A stretch of 64,000 nt of DNA from Chloroflexota bacterium (GCA_965203015.1 CBDBBM010000023.1:64308-128307), one strand, 5' to 3'. Positions 50,062-62,533 are shown, counted from the first letter of the stretch. Made by a program: numbers and translations. Notes: a model not told the origin generated them from the letters alone.

Positions 50062-51205
50062 CCCCCAGGACCTGCGCCGGGATTTTCCGGCGCTGTCCGA
50101 GATGACCTTCCTAAACAACGGCGCGGTCGGAATAACCCCGGCCCCGGTCGTGGAGAAGATGCTGGCGGCGCTGCGTTTTTCGGAACAATCCGGCCAGGCC
50201 GCCTACGACCACTTTGCCGACGAGCGCGATCGCGCCCGGGCGGCGGTGGCCGGACTGATCGGCGCCGAACCCTCCGAGGTGGCGTTCGGCAACAACGCCA
50301 CCGAAGCGGTCAACTGGGTCCTGGCCTCCTTCCAGTTCCGGCCCGACGATGAGATCCTGATCTCCGACTACGAGCATCCGGCGCTGATCTATCCGTCCAG
50401 CTGGCAGCGCCAGCAGGGCAAGGCGCGAGTAACGCATTTTGCGGTGGACGCCGATCCGGCCGTCACCCTGGCGGCGGTCGAAGCCGCGATCGGGCCCAGG
50501 ACCCGGATGGTGGCGATCTCGCACGTGGAACGTCACAACGGGGTCCGCTTGCCGGTCGCCGAGATCTGCCAGCTGGCGGCCCGGCGCGGAGTGCTCACCC
50601 TGGTGGATGGCGCCCAGTCGCTGGGGATGTTCAAGGTGGACGTAAAGCAGCTGGGGTCCGATTTCTACATCGGCAACCTGCACAAATGGCTCTGCGGACC
50701 CAACGGGACCGGCGTCCTGCAGGTTCGCTCGGACCGGCTGGGACTGTTGCGCCAGCAGCACGTTGGACCCTCCGGCCGCTGGGGCGAGACCACCTGGGAC
50801 CTGGCCGGGGGTGTCAACCTTCCCGATGCGGCCTACCGATTTGAGTACGGGACCTCGACTCCGGCCCGCTACACGGGTACGGCCGAAGCGCTTGCCTACC
50901 TTGGGGCACTGGGGTGGGAGGCAATCGAGGCCCGCCTGCGCTCGCTCAAGCAGCTCGCCCAGCAGGCGATCGCGGACCGCGGCTGGCGCCTGCTTTCCCC
51001 GCCTGACTGGGAGGACTCCTCGGCACTGGTGGCGTTCGCGGCCCCCGGCGGCCGGGGCGGACGGCAAATCTGCGAGGAACTGTCCGAAAGCAAGATTTTC
51101 CTGTCGGCGACCCAGGACGACGGGGTCCGGCTCTCACCGCATATCTACAACACCGCCGAAGAGATCGAGCTCGCCCTGGATGCGGTGGCCGGCGCGAACG
51201 GGTAG
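50054..51205 (+). CDS. aminotransferase class V-fold PLP-dependent enzyme (cysteine desulfurase/IPNS-epimerase-like)
   Basis: 383 aa; ...FYIGNLHKWLCGPNGTGVL... PLP-lysine context. Confidence 0.75.
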   Translation: MLDPQDLRRDFPALSEMTFLNNGAVGITPAPVVEKMLAALRFSEQSGQAAYDHFADERDRARAAVAGLIGAEPSEVAFGNNATEAVNWVLASFQFRPDDEILISDYEHPALIYPSSWQRQQGKARVTHFAVDADPAVTLAAVEAAIGPRTRMVAISHVERHNGVRLPVAEICQLAARRGVLTLVDGAQSLGMFKVDVKQLGSDFYIGNLHKWLCGPNGTGVLQVRSDRLGLLRQQHVGPSGRWGETTWDLAGGVNLPDAAYRFEYGTSTPARYTGTAEALAYLGALGWEAIEARLRSLKQLAQQAIADRGWRLLSPPDWEDSSALVAFAAPGGRGGRQICEELSESKIFLSATQDDGVRLSPHIYNTAEEIELALDAVAGANG

Positions 51206-51217
51206 CGGTCGAAGGCA

Positions 51218-51628
51218 ATGCGCACCGGCAAATCGGTTTCGGCCACGATCACCGAGCTGGCGCTGGCGCTCATCATCATCGCCGTGCTTTTGGTCGCCCT
51301 CTGGTTCCTGCTGCTGCGCGACCGCGATCCCGGACCGCCCAACCAGACCCTGCAGGAGAGCGTGGGCCTGGTCGCGGCCAGCGAGGACACGGCCGAGAAA
51401 GCGGTAAGGGACCTGCAGCTGAGCGAGACTCTGACCCCGGCGCCGACCCAGCCGCCGCCGATCCCCAGCCCGCCCCCGCTGGAGCGCATCCACACCGTCG
51501 CTTCCGGAGAGACCCTGATCAGCATCGCCGCGGCCTATGAAGTGTCCTGGGAAGAGTTGGCCGAACTGAACGGGATCGAGGATCCGCGTTCCCTGCAGAT
51601 CGGCCAGGAACTGCAGATCCCCGGCTAG
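51218..51628 (+). CDS. membrane-anchored LysM domain protein
   Basis: N-terminal TM; C-terminal ...IHTVASGETLISIAAAYEVSWEELAELNGIEDPRSLQIGQELQIP... LysM. Confidence 0.7.
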   Translation: MRTGKSVSATITELALALIIIAVLLVALWFLLLRDRDPGPPNQTLQESVGLVAASEDTAEKAVRDLQLSETLTPAPTQPPPIPSPPPLERIHTVASGETLISIAAAYEVSWEELAELNGIEDPRSLQIGQELQIPG

Positions 51629-51681
51629 GACCCGCACCCGCCGCTGCGGGTGGCCGGGTACCGGATTCGGGACGGCCGGCA

Positions 51682-52836
51682 ATGAACGCGTCGAGACTGC
51701 AGCTGGGCGCGTTCCTGGTATCGGCAGTGGGAATGTGGGGCAGTCTCTACCTCTACGTCCCCGCGTTCGCGGTCTTTGCCGAAGGGCAGGGGGCGTCGCT
51801 GGCGATGGTGGGCTTGATCTGGTCGGCCTACGGCGTCGTGCAGGGGATCCTGCGGATTCCGACCGGTTACTTTTCGGATCGCTTTGGAAGGCGCCTGCCG
51901 TTTATCGTCATCGGCGTCGGGATGACCGCGCTGGGTTCGCTGCTGATGGCCCTGGCGCCCCATCCGGCGGTGCTCATGCTGGGGCGCGGCCTGCACGGGT
52001 TCGGCGCGGCCGCCTTCGTGGTGCAGTCAGTCTATTTCGCCAGCTTCTTCCCGCCCGAGAAAGTCACCCGCGCGCTGCTGGGCATGGCCGCCCTCATCGC
52101 CCTGACCCAGCTGGCGGTTTCGCTGCTGGGCGGGCAGATGGCCCAGCACTGGGGCCAGGCATCCACGTTCTGGGGGTCGGCGGCGCTGGGGGCGGTTTCG
52201 GTGGCGGCGATCCTGGTGGCCGGCGAACAGCACGTTGCCCGCGGCATCGATTTCGACTGGAGCCGCTTCAAGACGGTCCTGTCCGATCCGGTCCTGCTCC
52301 TTGTCTCGGCCGTCGCCGCGCTGCTGGTGTTCGGCGAATTTGGGGTTACCCAGACGATCATGCTGCTGCTGGCCGACCGGCTTGGCGCCGATTCGGCCTA
52401 CCTGGGCCTGCTCTCGGCGATCAACTACCTGGCAATCGGCGCGGCCGGACTGCTGCTGGCGACCCTGGGTTCGTACTCGGAACGGGCGGTGGTGATCGCG
52501 GGGCTGGTGGTCACCGGGGTCGCGCTGGTGCTGATGCCCCTGGCGGGCGGGCTGGCCGGGCTGACGGTGCTGGCGTTCGTCAAGGGCGCCGCGCGCGGAT
52601 CGATGATGCCCTCGCTGATGGGCCTGGGACTGAAGGTGGTCGAGCCCGATGCGCGCGCCAGCGCGATGGGCATTTTGCAGGCCATTTATGCGATCGGAAT
52701 GTTTGCCGGGCCGGTTTCAACGGGAATCATCAGTCAGGTGGCCGGACTCGAGGCCCCCTTCTATGCGATCGGGGCTTTGACGGCGCTTGCCGCGGGTCTT
52801 GTTTTCGCCCTGTTTGGGCGCTGGCAGGGCGGTTAA
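51682..52836 (+). CDS. MFS transporter
   Basis: 12 TM; ...GYFSDRFGRRLP... MFS loop 2-3 motif. Confidence 0.8.
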   Translation: MNASRLQLGAFLVSAVGMWGSLYLYVPAFAVFAEGQGASLAMVGLIWSAYGVVQGILRIPTGYFSDRFGRRLPFIVIGVGMTALGSLLMALAPHPAVLMLGRGLHGFGAAAFVVQSVYFASFFPPEKVTRALLGMAALIALTQLAVSLLGGQMAQHWGQASTFWGSAALGAVSVAAILVAGEQHVARGIDFDWSRFKTVLSDPVLLLVSAVAALLVFGEFGVTQTIMLLLADRLGADSAYLGLLSAINYLAIGAAGLLLATLGSYSERAVVIAGLVVTGVALVLMPLAGGLAGLTVLAFVKGAARGSMMPSLMGLGLKVVEPDARASAMGILQAIYAIGMFAGPVSTGIISQVAGLEAPFYAIGALTALAAGLVFALFGRWQGG

Positions 52837-52946
52837 TTACCAAGCTCGGCGGGGCGTGAATTTAGACTGTTTTTTCGAACCAGCGGTGGTCGCGCTTAGG
52901 CGGCCGAGCAGCGGGTGGCAGACCACTCCGATAGGCGCGACACACC

Positions 52947-53399
52947 TTGAGAAAACGCAAATACGCCGAGATTGATCGCGGGCCTCTGGGGACCGCGGTA
53001 TTCCAGACCCGCAAGCAGCGGCGCTTGACCCAGGGCGAGCTGGCCAACCGCCTGGGCCGCAACCGGCCCTGGATCTCCAACGTAGAGACCGGCAAGGTCA
53101 CGAACCTGCAGGAAGAAGACCTGGTCGGGCTGGCGGCGGTACTGAACATCAGCATCTCTTCGCTGCGCGCAGCCCACGAGATGTCGGCCGCGCCTTCGGT
53201 CATGGGCTTGCCCGGGTACACCGTCCTGCAGTCGAACCGCCACTGCGGCGCCTGCCACCATCTGGTCGAGCCCGATGCCAATTACTGCACGCACTGCGGT
53301 GCGGCGCAGCCAATGCTGGTGAACTGCCCGGCTTGTGCCAGGCCCAATAACCCGGGCGCCCGCTTCTGCGGCCGCTGCGGCGCGCAGCTACAGGGCTAG
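52947..53399 (+). CDS. XRE-family HTH regulator with C-terminal double zinc ribbon
   Basis: ...RRLTQGELANRLGRNRPWISNVETGK... HTH_XRE; C-terminal ...HCGACHHL...YCTHCGA...VNCPACAR...FCGRCGA... Confidence 0.65.
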   Translation: MRKRKYAEIDRGPLGTAVFQTRKQRRLTQGELANRLGRNRPWISNVETGKVTNLQEEDLVGLAAVLNISISSLRAAHEMSAAPSVMGLPGYTVLQSNRHCGACHHLVEPDANYCTHCGAAQPMLVNCPACARPNNPGARFCGRCGAQLQG

Positions 53400-53459
53400 G
53401 CTAGGCCGGGCGCCGAAGACAGATTTTGGCCGGGTCGATAACCCGGCGGCCGGGCGTGG

Positions 53460-53783
53460 TTAGGCGACCTGGTCCAGGCTGGACTTGATCCGCGATTCGG
53501 GAACGTAACCGACTATGCGGTCAACTTCGGACCCGCCCTTGACGAACAGCAGGGTCGGGATCCCGCGCACGCCGAACTGGGTTGCGTATTGCTTGTTGGC
53601 GTCGGTGTCGACCTTGACGAACTTGACCTTGCCGGAGTATTCGTCGGCGAGCTTTTCAAATACCGGCGCCATCATCTTGCAGGGTCCGCACCACTCGGCC
53701 CAGAAATCTACTATCACCGGCTGCTCGGAGTCGAGCACCTCGGCCTGAAACTCGGTATCGGCTACATGCGAATAGGCTGCCAT
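53460..53783 (-). CDS. trxA: thioredoxin
   Basis: ...VIVDFWAEWCGPCKMMAPV... WCGPC active site; start at internal Met (MAAYSHV...) preferred. Confidence 0.9.
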   Translation of the reverse strand: MAAYSHVADTEFQAEVLDSEQPVIVDFWAEWCGPCKMMAPVFEKLADEYSGKVKFVKVDTDANKQYATQFGVRGIPTLLFVKGGSEVDRIVGYVPESRIKSSLDQVA

Positions 53784-53834
53784 GTCAGAGTGCGCCTTTG
53801 CGGTTCCTGCGGATTGGTCCACTGTCAACGGATG

Positions 53835-56501
<2,667 letters not shown>

Positions 56502-56667
56502 CGGTTAAGCGGTGGTCGGACTGAAACGGGCGCCACGAACCACGTTCGGGTCGGGTGGGCTCACAGATTTTGGCAGCAATTTGGAAAATCCGGCGCGCGC
56601 GCCCCACTGGTCGGGGCCGGCCGCTTCGCCCATCCGGGTCAATCGATTCCGGTCCCCGGCTCGGGGA

Positions 56668-57609
56668 CTAGGCCAGCAGGGTGACCGCCAACGTCTTCCA
56701 GGCTCCTTCGCGCCGGGCCAGCAGTGCCGCCCGCCGGCCGGTGCCGGAACCGGCTTCCGGGTGCTGCGCCAGCAGCGCCCCGGTGGCTCCGGCCGCGATC
56801 ACGCGGGTCCGGCCTTGACCGGCCCCGGCTTCGCCGGCCCAAATGGGACCCTGGGCGCGTAGCTGGTCCGAGTCTTCGGCAACCACCACGCAGCCCGGTG
56901 CCAGCACCGCGGTCAGCGGATAGTGAAAACAGTCCAGCCAGCTCTCGAAGTCGCCGGCCCGGCGGGCCGACTGCCGCCGGGCCGCGGACCGGAGCGCCGC
57001 CTGCGCCAAGGTCTCCTGGTCGCTGCCGGGCTCAAAGCTGTCGATCCCGAACCGGGCCTGGATCCCCCAGCTGCCGCCGAGCTTTGTGAGGGTATAGAGG
57101 ACCCGGTTGGAGACGATCGGTGAATCGTCGGCGCGCCGGCGGGTCCAGCCCCCGGCCAGGAGCACCACGTCCTCGGACTCGTGGACGCGGACGGGTTCCA
57201 GTCCCTGGGTGCGGACCCAGCCGGTGGAGACGAAGCGCTGCCAGCCCATCGATTCGGCGGTGCTGGCGTAGTCGTGGTGGTCGGAATAGACGCGGGCGGC
57301 GGTCCGGGGATTGAAAAACCGGCCGCGCCGGCTTTCCGGCGCTCCGGCCGAAACCCGCACGTGCGGGTAGGACATCACCCCCGCCCAGCCGGCCGGGTCC
57401 CGGGCGTTGAACCGCTCGAAGAAGGCCCAGTAGCAAGATTCCGGGGTCTTATAGGTCGCGATCGCATACCTCCTGCCGCATCTGGAAAAGGGGAGGCAAG
57501 CCCCGTCCGATTTTGGCGCCGGGCAATCAAACCGCAGCCATTTCCAGGTGCCGGTGCGCAAATGCCGCGGGCGGCGGCGCCGTCCGGCCGGAAGGACGGG
57601 AGCGGGCAA
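56668..57609 (-). CDS. hypothetical protein, possibly tandem NTF2-like (SnoaL/DUF4440-like) domains
   Basis: two ~130-aa halves each ending in a ...G(G/A)W(T/K)...(L/V)... motif like SnoaL-fold proteins (…LAGGWTRRRAD… / …REGAWKTLAVTLL…); weak. Confidence 0.3.
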   Translation of the reverse strand: MPAPVLPAGRRRRPRHLRTGTWKWLRFDCPAPKSDGACLPFSRCGRRYAIATYKTPESCYWAFFERFNARDPAGWAGVMSYPHVRVSAGAPESRRGRFFNPRTAARVYSDHHDYASTAESMGWQRFVSTGWVRTQGLEPVRVHESEDVVLLAGGWTRRRADDSPIVSNRVLYTLTKLGGSWGIQARFGIDSFEPGSDQETLAQAALRSAARRQSARRAGDFESWLDCFHYPLTAVLAPGCVVVAEDSDQLRAQGPIWAGEAGAGQGRTRVIAAGATGALLAQHPEAGSGTGRRAALLARREGAWKTLAVTLLA

Positions 57610-57683
57610 ATATATTTAGAAAAAGTGCGTACCGGTCCGACGCTGCCCAAGTCGGTCGGCGTCGTGGAAGGGAATGTGCGCCA

Positions 57684-58100
57684 ATGACAATCGCAATCCG
57701 GATCGTGGCCGCCTACCTGGTCCTGCTGGCCGTGGCGGTCGCCGTCAACTTCATCGCCACGCCGCTCTACCACCCCGGTGGCGATGAGCCGTTCACAGTC
57801 TGGGAAGTGCTCAACTGGTTCATGGCGGTCGGGATCCTGATCACCACCGTCGTCACATTCAGGGCCAAGCGCCAGGTCGACGCCGACGATTCGGCCGATT
57901 TGAAGCAGTATCTGCGGGCCAGCGTTCTTTTCTACGGCAGCGCGCTGGTCCTTATGGTGTTTTTCTGGAACTGGTTCTCAAACCTGTCGCCCAACAATTC
58001 CCCCGATGGCCAGTTCTGGGTCCTGATCGACACCGTGATGCCGCTGGTGACCGGCGCCACCGGCTGCCGGCTCTGGCAGCTGGCCGGCCGATCTGACTGA
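57684..58100 (+). CDS. hypothetical 4-TM membrane protein
   Basis: MTIAIRIVAAYLVLLAVAVAVNF... four hydrophobic helices; ATG at 57684 with upstream ggaaggg. Confidence 0.4.
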   Translation: MTIAIRIVAAYLVLLAVAVAVNFIATPLYHPGGDEPFTVWEVLNWFMAVGILITTVVTFRAKRQVDADDSADLKQYLRASVLFYGSALVLMVFFWNWFSNLSPNNSPDGQFWVLIDTVMPLVTGATGCRLWQLAGRSD

Positions 58101-58162
58101 AATTCCCGGAACCGGCAAAACGTCAGGCGGCGGGCCCGGTACGGCCCCTGCGACAGCGGCGG

Positions 58163-58900
58163 CTAAGCGGGGCTGAGACCGGGCAACTGCCAGCTGCGGC
58201 GCTGCGCGGGCACCTCACCGCACTCTTCGAGGGTCAAGTTGCGGCGCAGGTGACTGGGGCCGCCGGTGGGCTGCCCGGCGCCCGGCGCGATCGCCAGGCA
58301 GAGAGTGGTCTCGGCAAGTTGCAGCGAGCCGTCGGCGGCAAGTGAAAACCGCTGCAGCGGCGAATCCGAGCATTCCATCAGGTAGAGGCTGGAGGCGGGC
58401 GCTTCCGCTTCCGCCTGAAGGCACAGCCGGTAGGCTGGCATCTGCAGGTTGCCGGGCAGCGGCGCGTTGGACCGGAACAGCTCGTCGTCGGCGCCGGGCT
58501 TGCAGGTGTGGGCGCTCAGCGGCGCGGTGAGGTTGAGGCTGGCGCCGAATCCCGGGACGTCGACGCAGTAGAACTCGGGCTCATCCAGGGGGTCGATCAG
58601 CTGCAGCAGCGTCGCTGCGCCGGCACCGATCCCGGGCAGCGGGTCGGGCGGAGCCGCTTCTGACTCCCCCGGCTGCCCCGGCTGGTCAGAGGCCGGTCGG
58701 GCCGCCGCAGGTGACGGCGCGGCGGCGGAATCCGGCGCCGGCTTGGCCGCAGCGGTTACGGGCGGCGCAGTCGTGGCTGCGGGGGGACCGGTGCCCGGGG
58801 CTTCTTCCTGGGCGGCGCATCCGGCCAGGCAGAGGGCCAGCGCCAGGAGGAGCAGCCCGCGCGGCAGGTGTCCGCCGATCCTGGGCCCGGCGAAGAGTCG
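58163..58900 (-). CDS. putative lipoprotein (lipobox LAGC); start codon unresolved
   Basis: minus-strand frame reads ...GGHLPRGLLLLALALCLAGCAAQEEAPGTGPP...PEFYCVDVPGFGASLNLTAPLSAHTCKPG...MPAYRLCLQAEAEAPAS...; open from a stop ~58975 but with no in-frame ATG/GTG/TTG ahead of the signal peptide. Confidence 0.4.
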   Translation of the reverse strand, partial: RLFAGPRIGGHLPRGLLLLALALCLAGCAAQEEAPGTGPPAATTAPPVTAAAKPAPDSAAAPSPAAARPASDQPGQPGESEAAPPDPLPGIGAGAATLLQLIDPLDEPEFYCVDVPGFGASLNLTAPLSAHTCKPGADDELFRSNAPLPGNLQMPAYRLCLQAEAEAPASSLYLMECSDSPLQRFSLAADGSLQLAETTLCLAIAPGAGQPTGGPSHLRRNLTLEECGEVPAQRRSWQLPGLSPA

Positions 58901-58928
58901 CCCCCGGGCTATGTGCCCGGGCCGGTGT

Positions 58929-59461
58929 CTATTCCCACCACCCGGATCCGAAGAAGAGCCCGTCGTGACGGACTATCCAGGTGTGTTTGAGCGTGTCCAA
59001 CCCGGTCTGGGGATTTTGGAAGTGGTAATTGACCCAGAGTCCGGCCTCGGTTGCGGCGGCCATTTCGGTCCCGTAGTCGTGGCCGGTTGAGTCGACCCGG
59101 TCGGCCCGGCCGGTGCCGATGCGGTCCTTGCGCAGCGGTGCGAGATCATGATCTCGTTCTCGTCGAAGATGAACACGTACCAATGCCCGTTGACGCTCTC
59201 GGTGGTGTTGTAAAAGTCAACCGTGTCGGCGCGGCCGTGCGAATCGAAGTAGTCGATTGCCTCTTGTACCAGTTCCTGGGTGAACGCGTTCGGATCGGAA
59301 ACATTGGAAGGGTGGGGTTCGGCCGGTGCCGATTTCGACTGACCACTAGTAAATGCCAGCAGCGAAAAGACCAGCGCGAGGATGGCGATCGCCAGCGCGA
59401 CTACGCTGAGCAGCGCCACGGGGACGGCGAGGTTGTCACCGCCGTTACCTGATGTCATCAA
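58929..59461 (-). pseudogene. membrane-anchored extracytoplasmic single Cache_2 (sCache_2) domain protein, -1 frameshift in a C-run at ~59150 (possibly artefact)
   Basis: N-terminal TM (...LLSVVALAIAILALVFSLLAF...), then ...VDFYNTTESVNGHWYVFIFDENEIMISH| frame switch |PLRKDRIGTGRADRVDSTGHDYGTEMAAATEAGLWVNYHFQNPQTG... ; inserting one C gives ...MISHPLRKDRIG..., the Cache_2 HP motif. Confidence 0.55.
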
Positions 59462-59653
59462 CGTCTCCTTCTTATAGATTCCGCGCGGCCGCGCCTAATA
59501 GCCGTCAATCGGGACGCCGGCCAGGCTACTTGAAGCCGCTTGCCGGCCTCGGCGGGCCAGGGAATGGGGGCTGGCCGCCCGCATATTTTCGCCGAATCCA
59601 GTTGGACCCGATCGGTCAAAAGATCGGTTAAAGTTTGTAGAACAAACTAGTTT

Positions 59654-60349
59654 GTGCAATGGTTTTGGAAGTTGTGGGCCGACGGCCGACGGCGAATCGG
59701 AGGGTGGCGAACAGCAATGCAATCGGGACAAAAAGAAGCCGTGGGATTGGCGGCCGGAGAAAGCTGGGAAGCGATTCACCAGACGCTGGAGCGATCGCAT
59801 CGATCGCTGTACCTGGCGGGGACTGCCTCGATCCTTTTACTCTGGGGCGTGCTCACGGCGGTGTATTTCATCGTGACTTTTGCCATGGGTGAGCTGGCGC
59901 CCGAATTCGTGGCCGAATACCCCTGGTACCACGGGCCGGTCTGGGCCGTACTGGGGCCCCTGGGGATGATCGGCAGTTCGATCATCGGGCACCGCGCCGG
60001 CGAGCGCCAGGCCGGCGGAGCGGTGGCCCGCAACGCCGGCATCCGGGTTTTTCTGTACTGGCTGGCGGTCGCTACCACAGCGGCCCTGCTACCCGGCGTT
60101 GCAGGTATATGGAACTCCGAGCAGGCCGATCACATCCCGTATACCGTTCTGGGCGTGATCTTCCTTGGATGGGTGCTGTTCGGAATCCTCTTCCGGCCCG
60201 CGTTGGCGGTGGTCGGGGCCGCTCTGGCGGCAGCCGTCCTCGCCCCCTATTACCTGGCCGGCGATTTGTCGGGTTTGATTTCGGGGCTGGCGGTACTGAT
60301 CGTATGCGTCCTGGGGGCGGCCTGGATCCGCCGGAGCGGACGGCTTTGA
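59654..60349 (+). CDS. hypothetical polytopic membrane protein
   Basis: 5-6 hydrophobic helices; alternative start at 59717; stop overlaps downstream regulator start. Confidence 0.45.
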   Translation: MQWFWKLWADGRRRIGGWRTAMQSGQKEAVGLAAGESWEAIHQTLERSHRSLYLAGTASILLLWGVLTAVYFIVTFAMGELAPEFVAEYPWYHGPVWAVLGPLGMIGSSIIGHRAGERQAGGAVARNAGIRVFLYWLAVATTAALLPGVAGIWNSEQADHIPYTVLGVIFLGWVLFGILFRPALAVVGAALAAAVLAPYYLAGDLSGLISGLAVLIVCVLGAAWIRRSGRL

Positions 60350-60660
60350 GCGCGGACGGGATAGTCCTTGACGAGACCATTCACCAGCCGACACGGCTGC
60401 GAATCATGACCATGCTCGTTTCGCAGGAGGGCGGCGGACGGCTCGCCTACGGGTTCATTCAGCAGACGCTGGAACTGACCGGCGGCAACCTGACCACGCA
60501 CCTGCGCCGGCTCGAGGACGCGGGGTTTCTTGAGACTTCGAAGGTGTTTGAGAACTCCAAGCCGCGCACCTGGATCTGCGCCACCGAATCGGGCCGGCGC
60601 GCCTACGCCAGCTACCTGGCAAATCTCCGAAAAGCGCTCGACTGGCCGCCGCCGACCTGA
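60345..60660 (+). CDS. small winged-helix transcriptional regulator
   Basis: ...IHQPTRLRIMTMLV...LTGGNLTTHLRRLEDAGFLE... wHTH recognition helix/wing; TTG start overlapping upstream stop (TTGA). Confidence 0.5.
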
Positions 60661-60676
60661 GCGGCCTGCCGCAATC

Positions 60677-62533
60677 GTGGCCGACCGCGTATTAAAGTCT
60701 GGTAGGACCGGAACCAAAATCGCACGCTGGCGGCCGCGCCCGGCAGGGTCGGGGCCGATTGCTGGAGGGACGCCGACGGCCACCCCTGAATCCAGGCATC
60801 CCCGCTATGAGGCGGATGAGAATCCGCCGCTGCTGACCAGCATCGGTCTGGGCCTGCAATTTAGCCTCATAGCGTCCGCCACGCTGCTTGTGACGCCGGT
60901 CATCGTCGCCCAGGCCTCGGGTCGCGGTGACGCCTATCTGGACTGGATGGTTTTTGCGTCGCTGGTCGTGGTCGGCCTCTCAACGATGCTGCAGGCGCGC
61001 CGGCTGGGAATTGTGGGCGCGGGCGCGGTCCTGCCGATGTTCACGGCGGCGTTTTCGATCCCGTTCTGCATTACCGCCGTGGTCGACGGCGGGCCGGGCA
61101 CGCTGACCACCCTGATGCTGGTCTCGGCCGTCCTGCAGGTGGTGATTTCACGCTGGCTGTTCATTCTGCGCCGGATAGTGACCCCTACGGTGGGCGGCAT
61201 TGTCATGATGATCCTCTCGATCACCCTGGCCTACGTCGTCTTCGGACTTCTCGACGTAGCCTCGCGCGAAGAGCCGGTGGCGGCCCCGGTCACGGCGCTC
61301 GTGACCCTGATCGTGGTCGGTGCCTTCACCACGCGCGGCAACGCCGTGCTGCGGCTCTGGGCGCCGGTGATCGGGATCGTGGTCGGCTGTCTGGTGGCGG
61401 CCGGTTTTGGGATTTACGACCCGGATCGGGTACTTTCAGCCCCCTGGGTCGGCATCCCGGCGTCCTGGCCGGGCCTGACCCTGACTTTCGGGGTACCGTT
61501 CTGGACCCTGCTGCCGGCGTTCCTGTTCCTGGGCGTGATCATCTCGATCCAGGTCAACGGGGCGGCGATCGCCCAGCAGCGCGTCGCCTGGCGCAAATCG
61601 CAGGCGGTGGACTTCCGCAGCGTCCAGGGAGCGCTGGCCGGCGCCGGGGCGAGCAACTTCGCCGCCGGCCTGGCCGGATCGGTTCCCAACATCGTCAACC
61701 CCGGGATCATCGGATTCACCCAGATCACCGGAGTCGCCGCCAGGCGGGTTGGGTACCTGATGGGCCTGATCCTGATCGCGGTCGCTTTCCTGCCCAAGGT
61801 CTCAGGTTTCCTGAGCTCCATTCCGGGACCGGTCATGACCGGCTACCTGGTGATGATCACCGGCCTGCTGTTCGTGGAAGGCGCGCGCACCGTTATCCAG
61901 ACCGAGCGGGACCGCCAGAAGCTGCTCGTGGCCGGGGTCTCGTTCTGGATCGGGGCCGCGTTCCAGTTCGGGCTGTTCAGCCTGCCCAACCTGGGTTCGG
62001 TCCTGGGAACGGTGCTAAAGAGCGGGGTTACGACCGGCGGCCTGACCGCGATGGCGGCGGTGATTTTCCTGGAACTTACCAGCCAGCGGCGGATGCGGTT
62101 CGAGTCGCGGCTGCACATCGATTCGCTGCCCGAGCTGAACGAGTTCATCGAGGAGTTCGTGCGCCGCCGCCGCTGGGGCGATCCAATGCGGGAGCGGTTG
62201 CTGGCGGTGGCCGAGGAAACCCTGCTGACCCTGGCGCCGCTGGACCTGGAAGCCGAACTTTCGCTCGACCCCGAGCCAGAGGATGAGGATGTCCGGCGCC
62301 TGGTGGTGCTGGCCAACAGCGAGGGCAGCATCGCCGACCTGGAATTCATCGGCGGAGGCAATGAAGAAAACCTGGAAGACCAGATCTCGCAACTGCAGCT
62401 GCACGATGAAGAGACGCCGCTGGACAATGAAATCTCGCTGCGCCTGCTGCGCCGCTATGCCACCTCGGTACAGCACCAGCAGTACCACGACAAGGATGTA
62501 ATCACCGTACAGGTGGACGATCCGAGTCCGTAG
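60677..62533 (+). CDS. NCS2-family nucleobase (xanthine/uracil-type) permease with ~160-aa C-terminal cytoplasmic extension
   Basis: ...LLTSIGLGLQFSLIAS... NCS2 TM1 GLQ motif, 14 TM; C-terminal tail ...MRERLLAVAEETLLTLAP...VVLANSEGSIADLEFIGGGNE...ISLRLLRRYATSVQHQQYHDKDVITVQV... loosely resembles RsbW/SpoIIAB-type HATPase-like domain; GTG start 60677. Confidence 0.65.
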   Translation: MADRVLKSGRTGTKIARWRPRPAGSGPIAGGTPTATPESRHPRYEADENPPLLTSIGLGLQFSLIASATLLVTPVIVAQASGRGDAYLDWMVFASLVVVGLSTMLQARRLGIVGAGAVLPMFTAAFSIPFCITAVVDGGPGTLTTLMLVSAVLQVVISRWLFILRRIVTPTVGGIVMMILSITLAYVVFGLLDVASREEPVAAPVTALVTLIVVGAFTTRGNAVLRLWAPVIGIVVGCLVAAGFGIYDPDRVLSAPWVGIPASWPGLTLTFGVPFWTLLPAFLFLGVIISIQVNGAAIAQQRVAWRKSQAVDFRSVQGALAGAGASNFAAGLAGSVPNIVNPGIIGFTQITGVAARRVGYLMGLILIAVAFLPKVSGFLSSIPGPVMTGYLVMITGLLFVEGARTVIQTERDRQKLLVAGVSFWIGAAFQFGLFSLPNLGSVLGTVLKSGVTTGGLTAMAAVIFLELTSQRRMRFESRLHIDSLPELNEFIEEFVRRRRWGDPMRERLLAVAEETLLTLAPLDLEAELSLDPEPEDEDVRRLVVLANSEGSIADLEFIGGGNEENLEDQISQLQLHDEETPLDNEISLRLLRRYATSVQHQQYHDKDVITVQVDDPSP

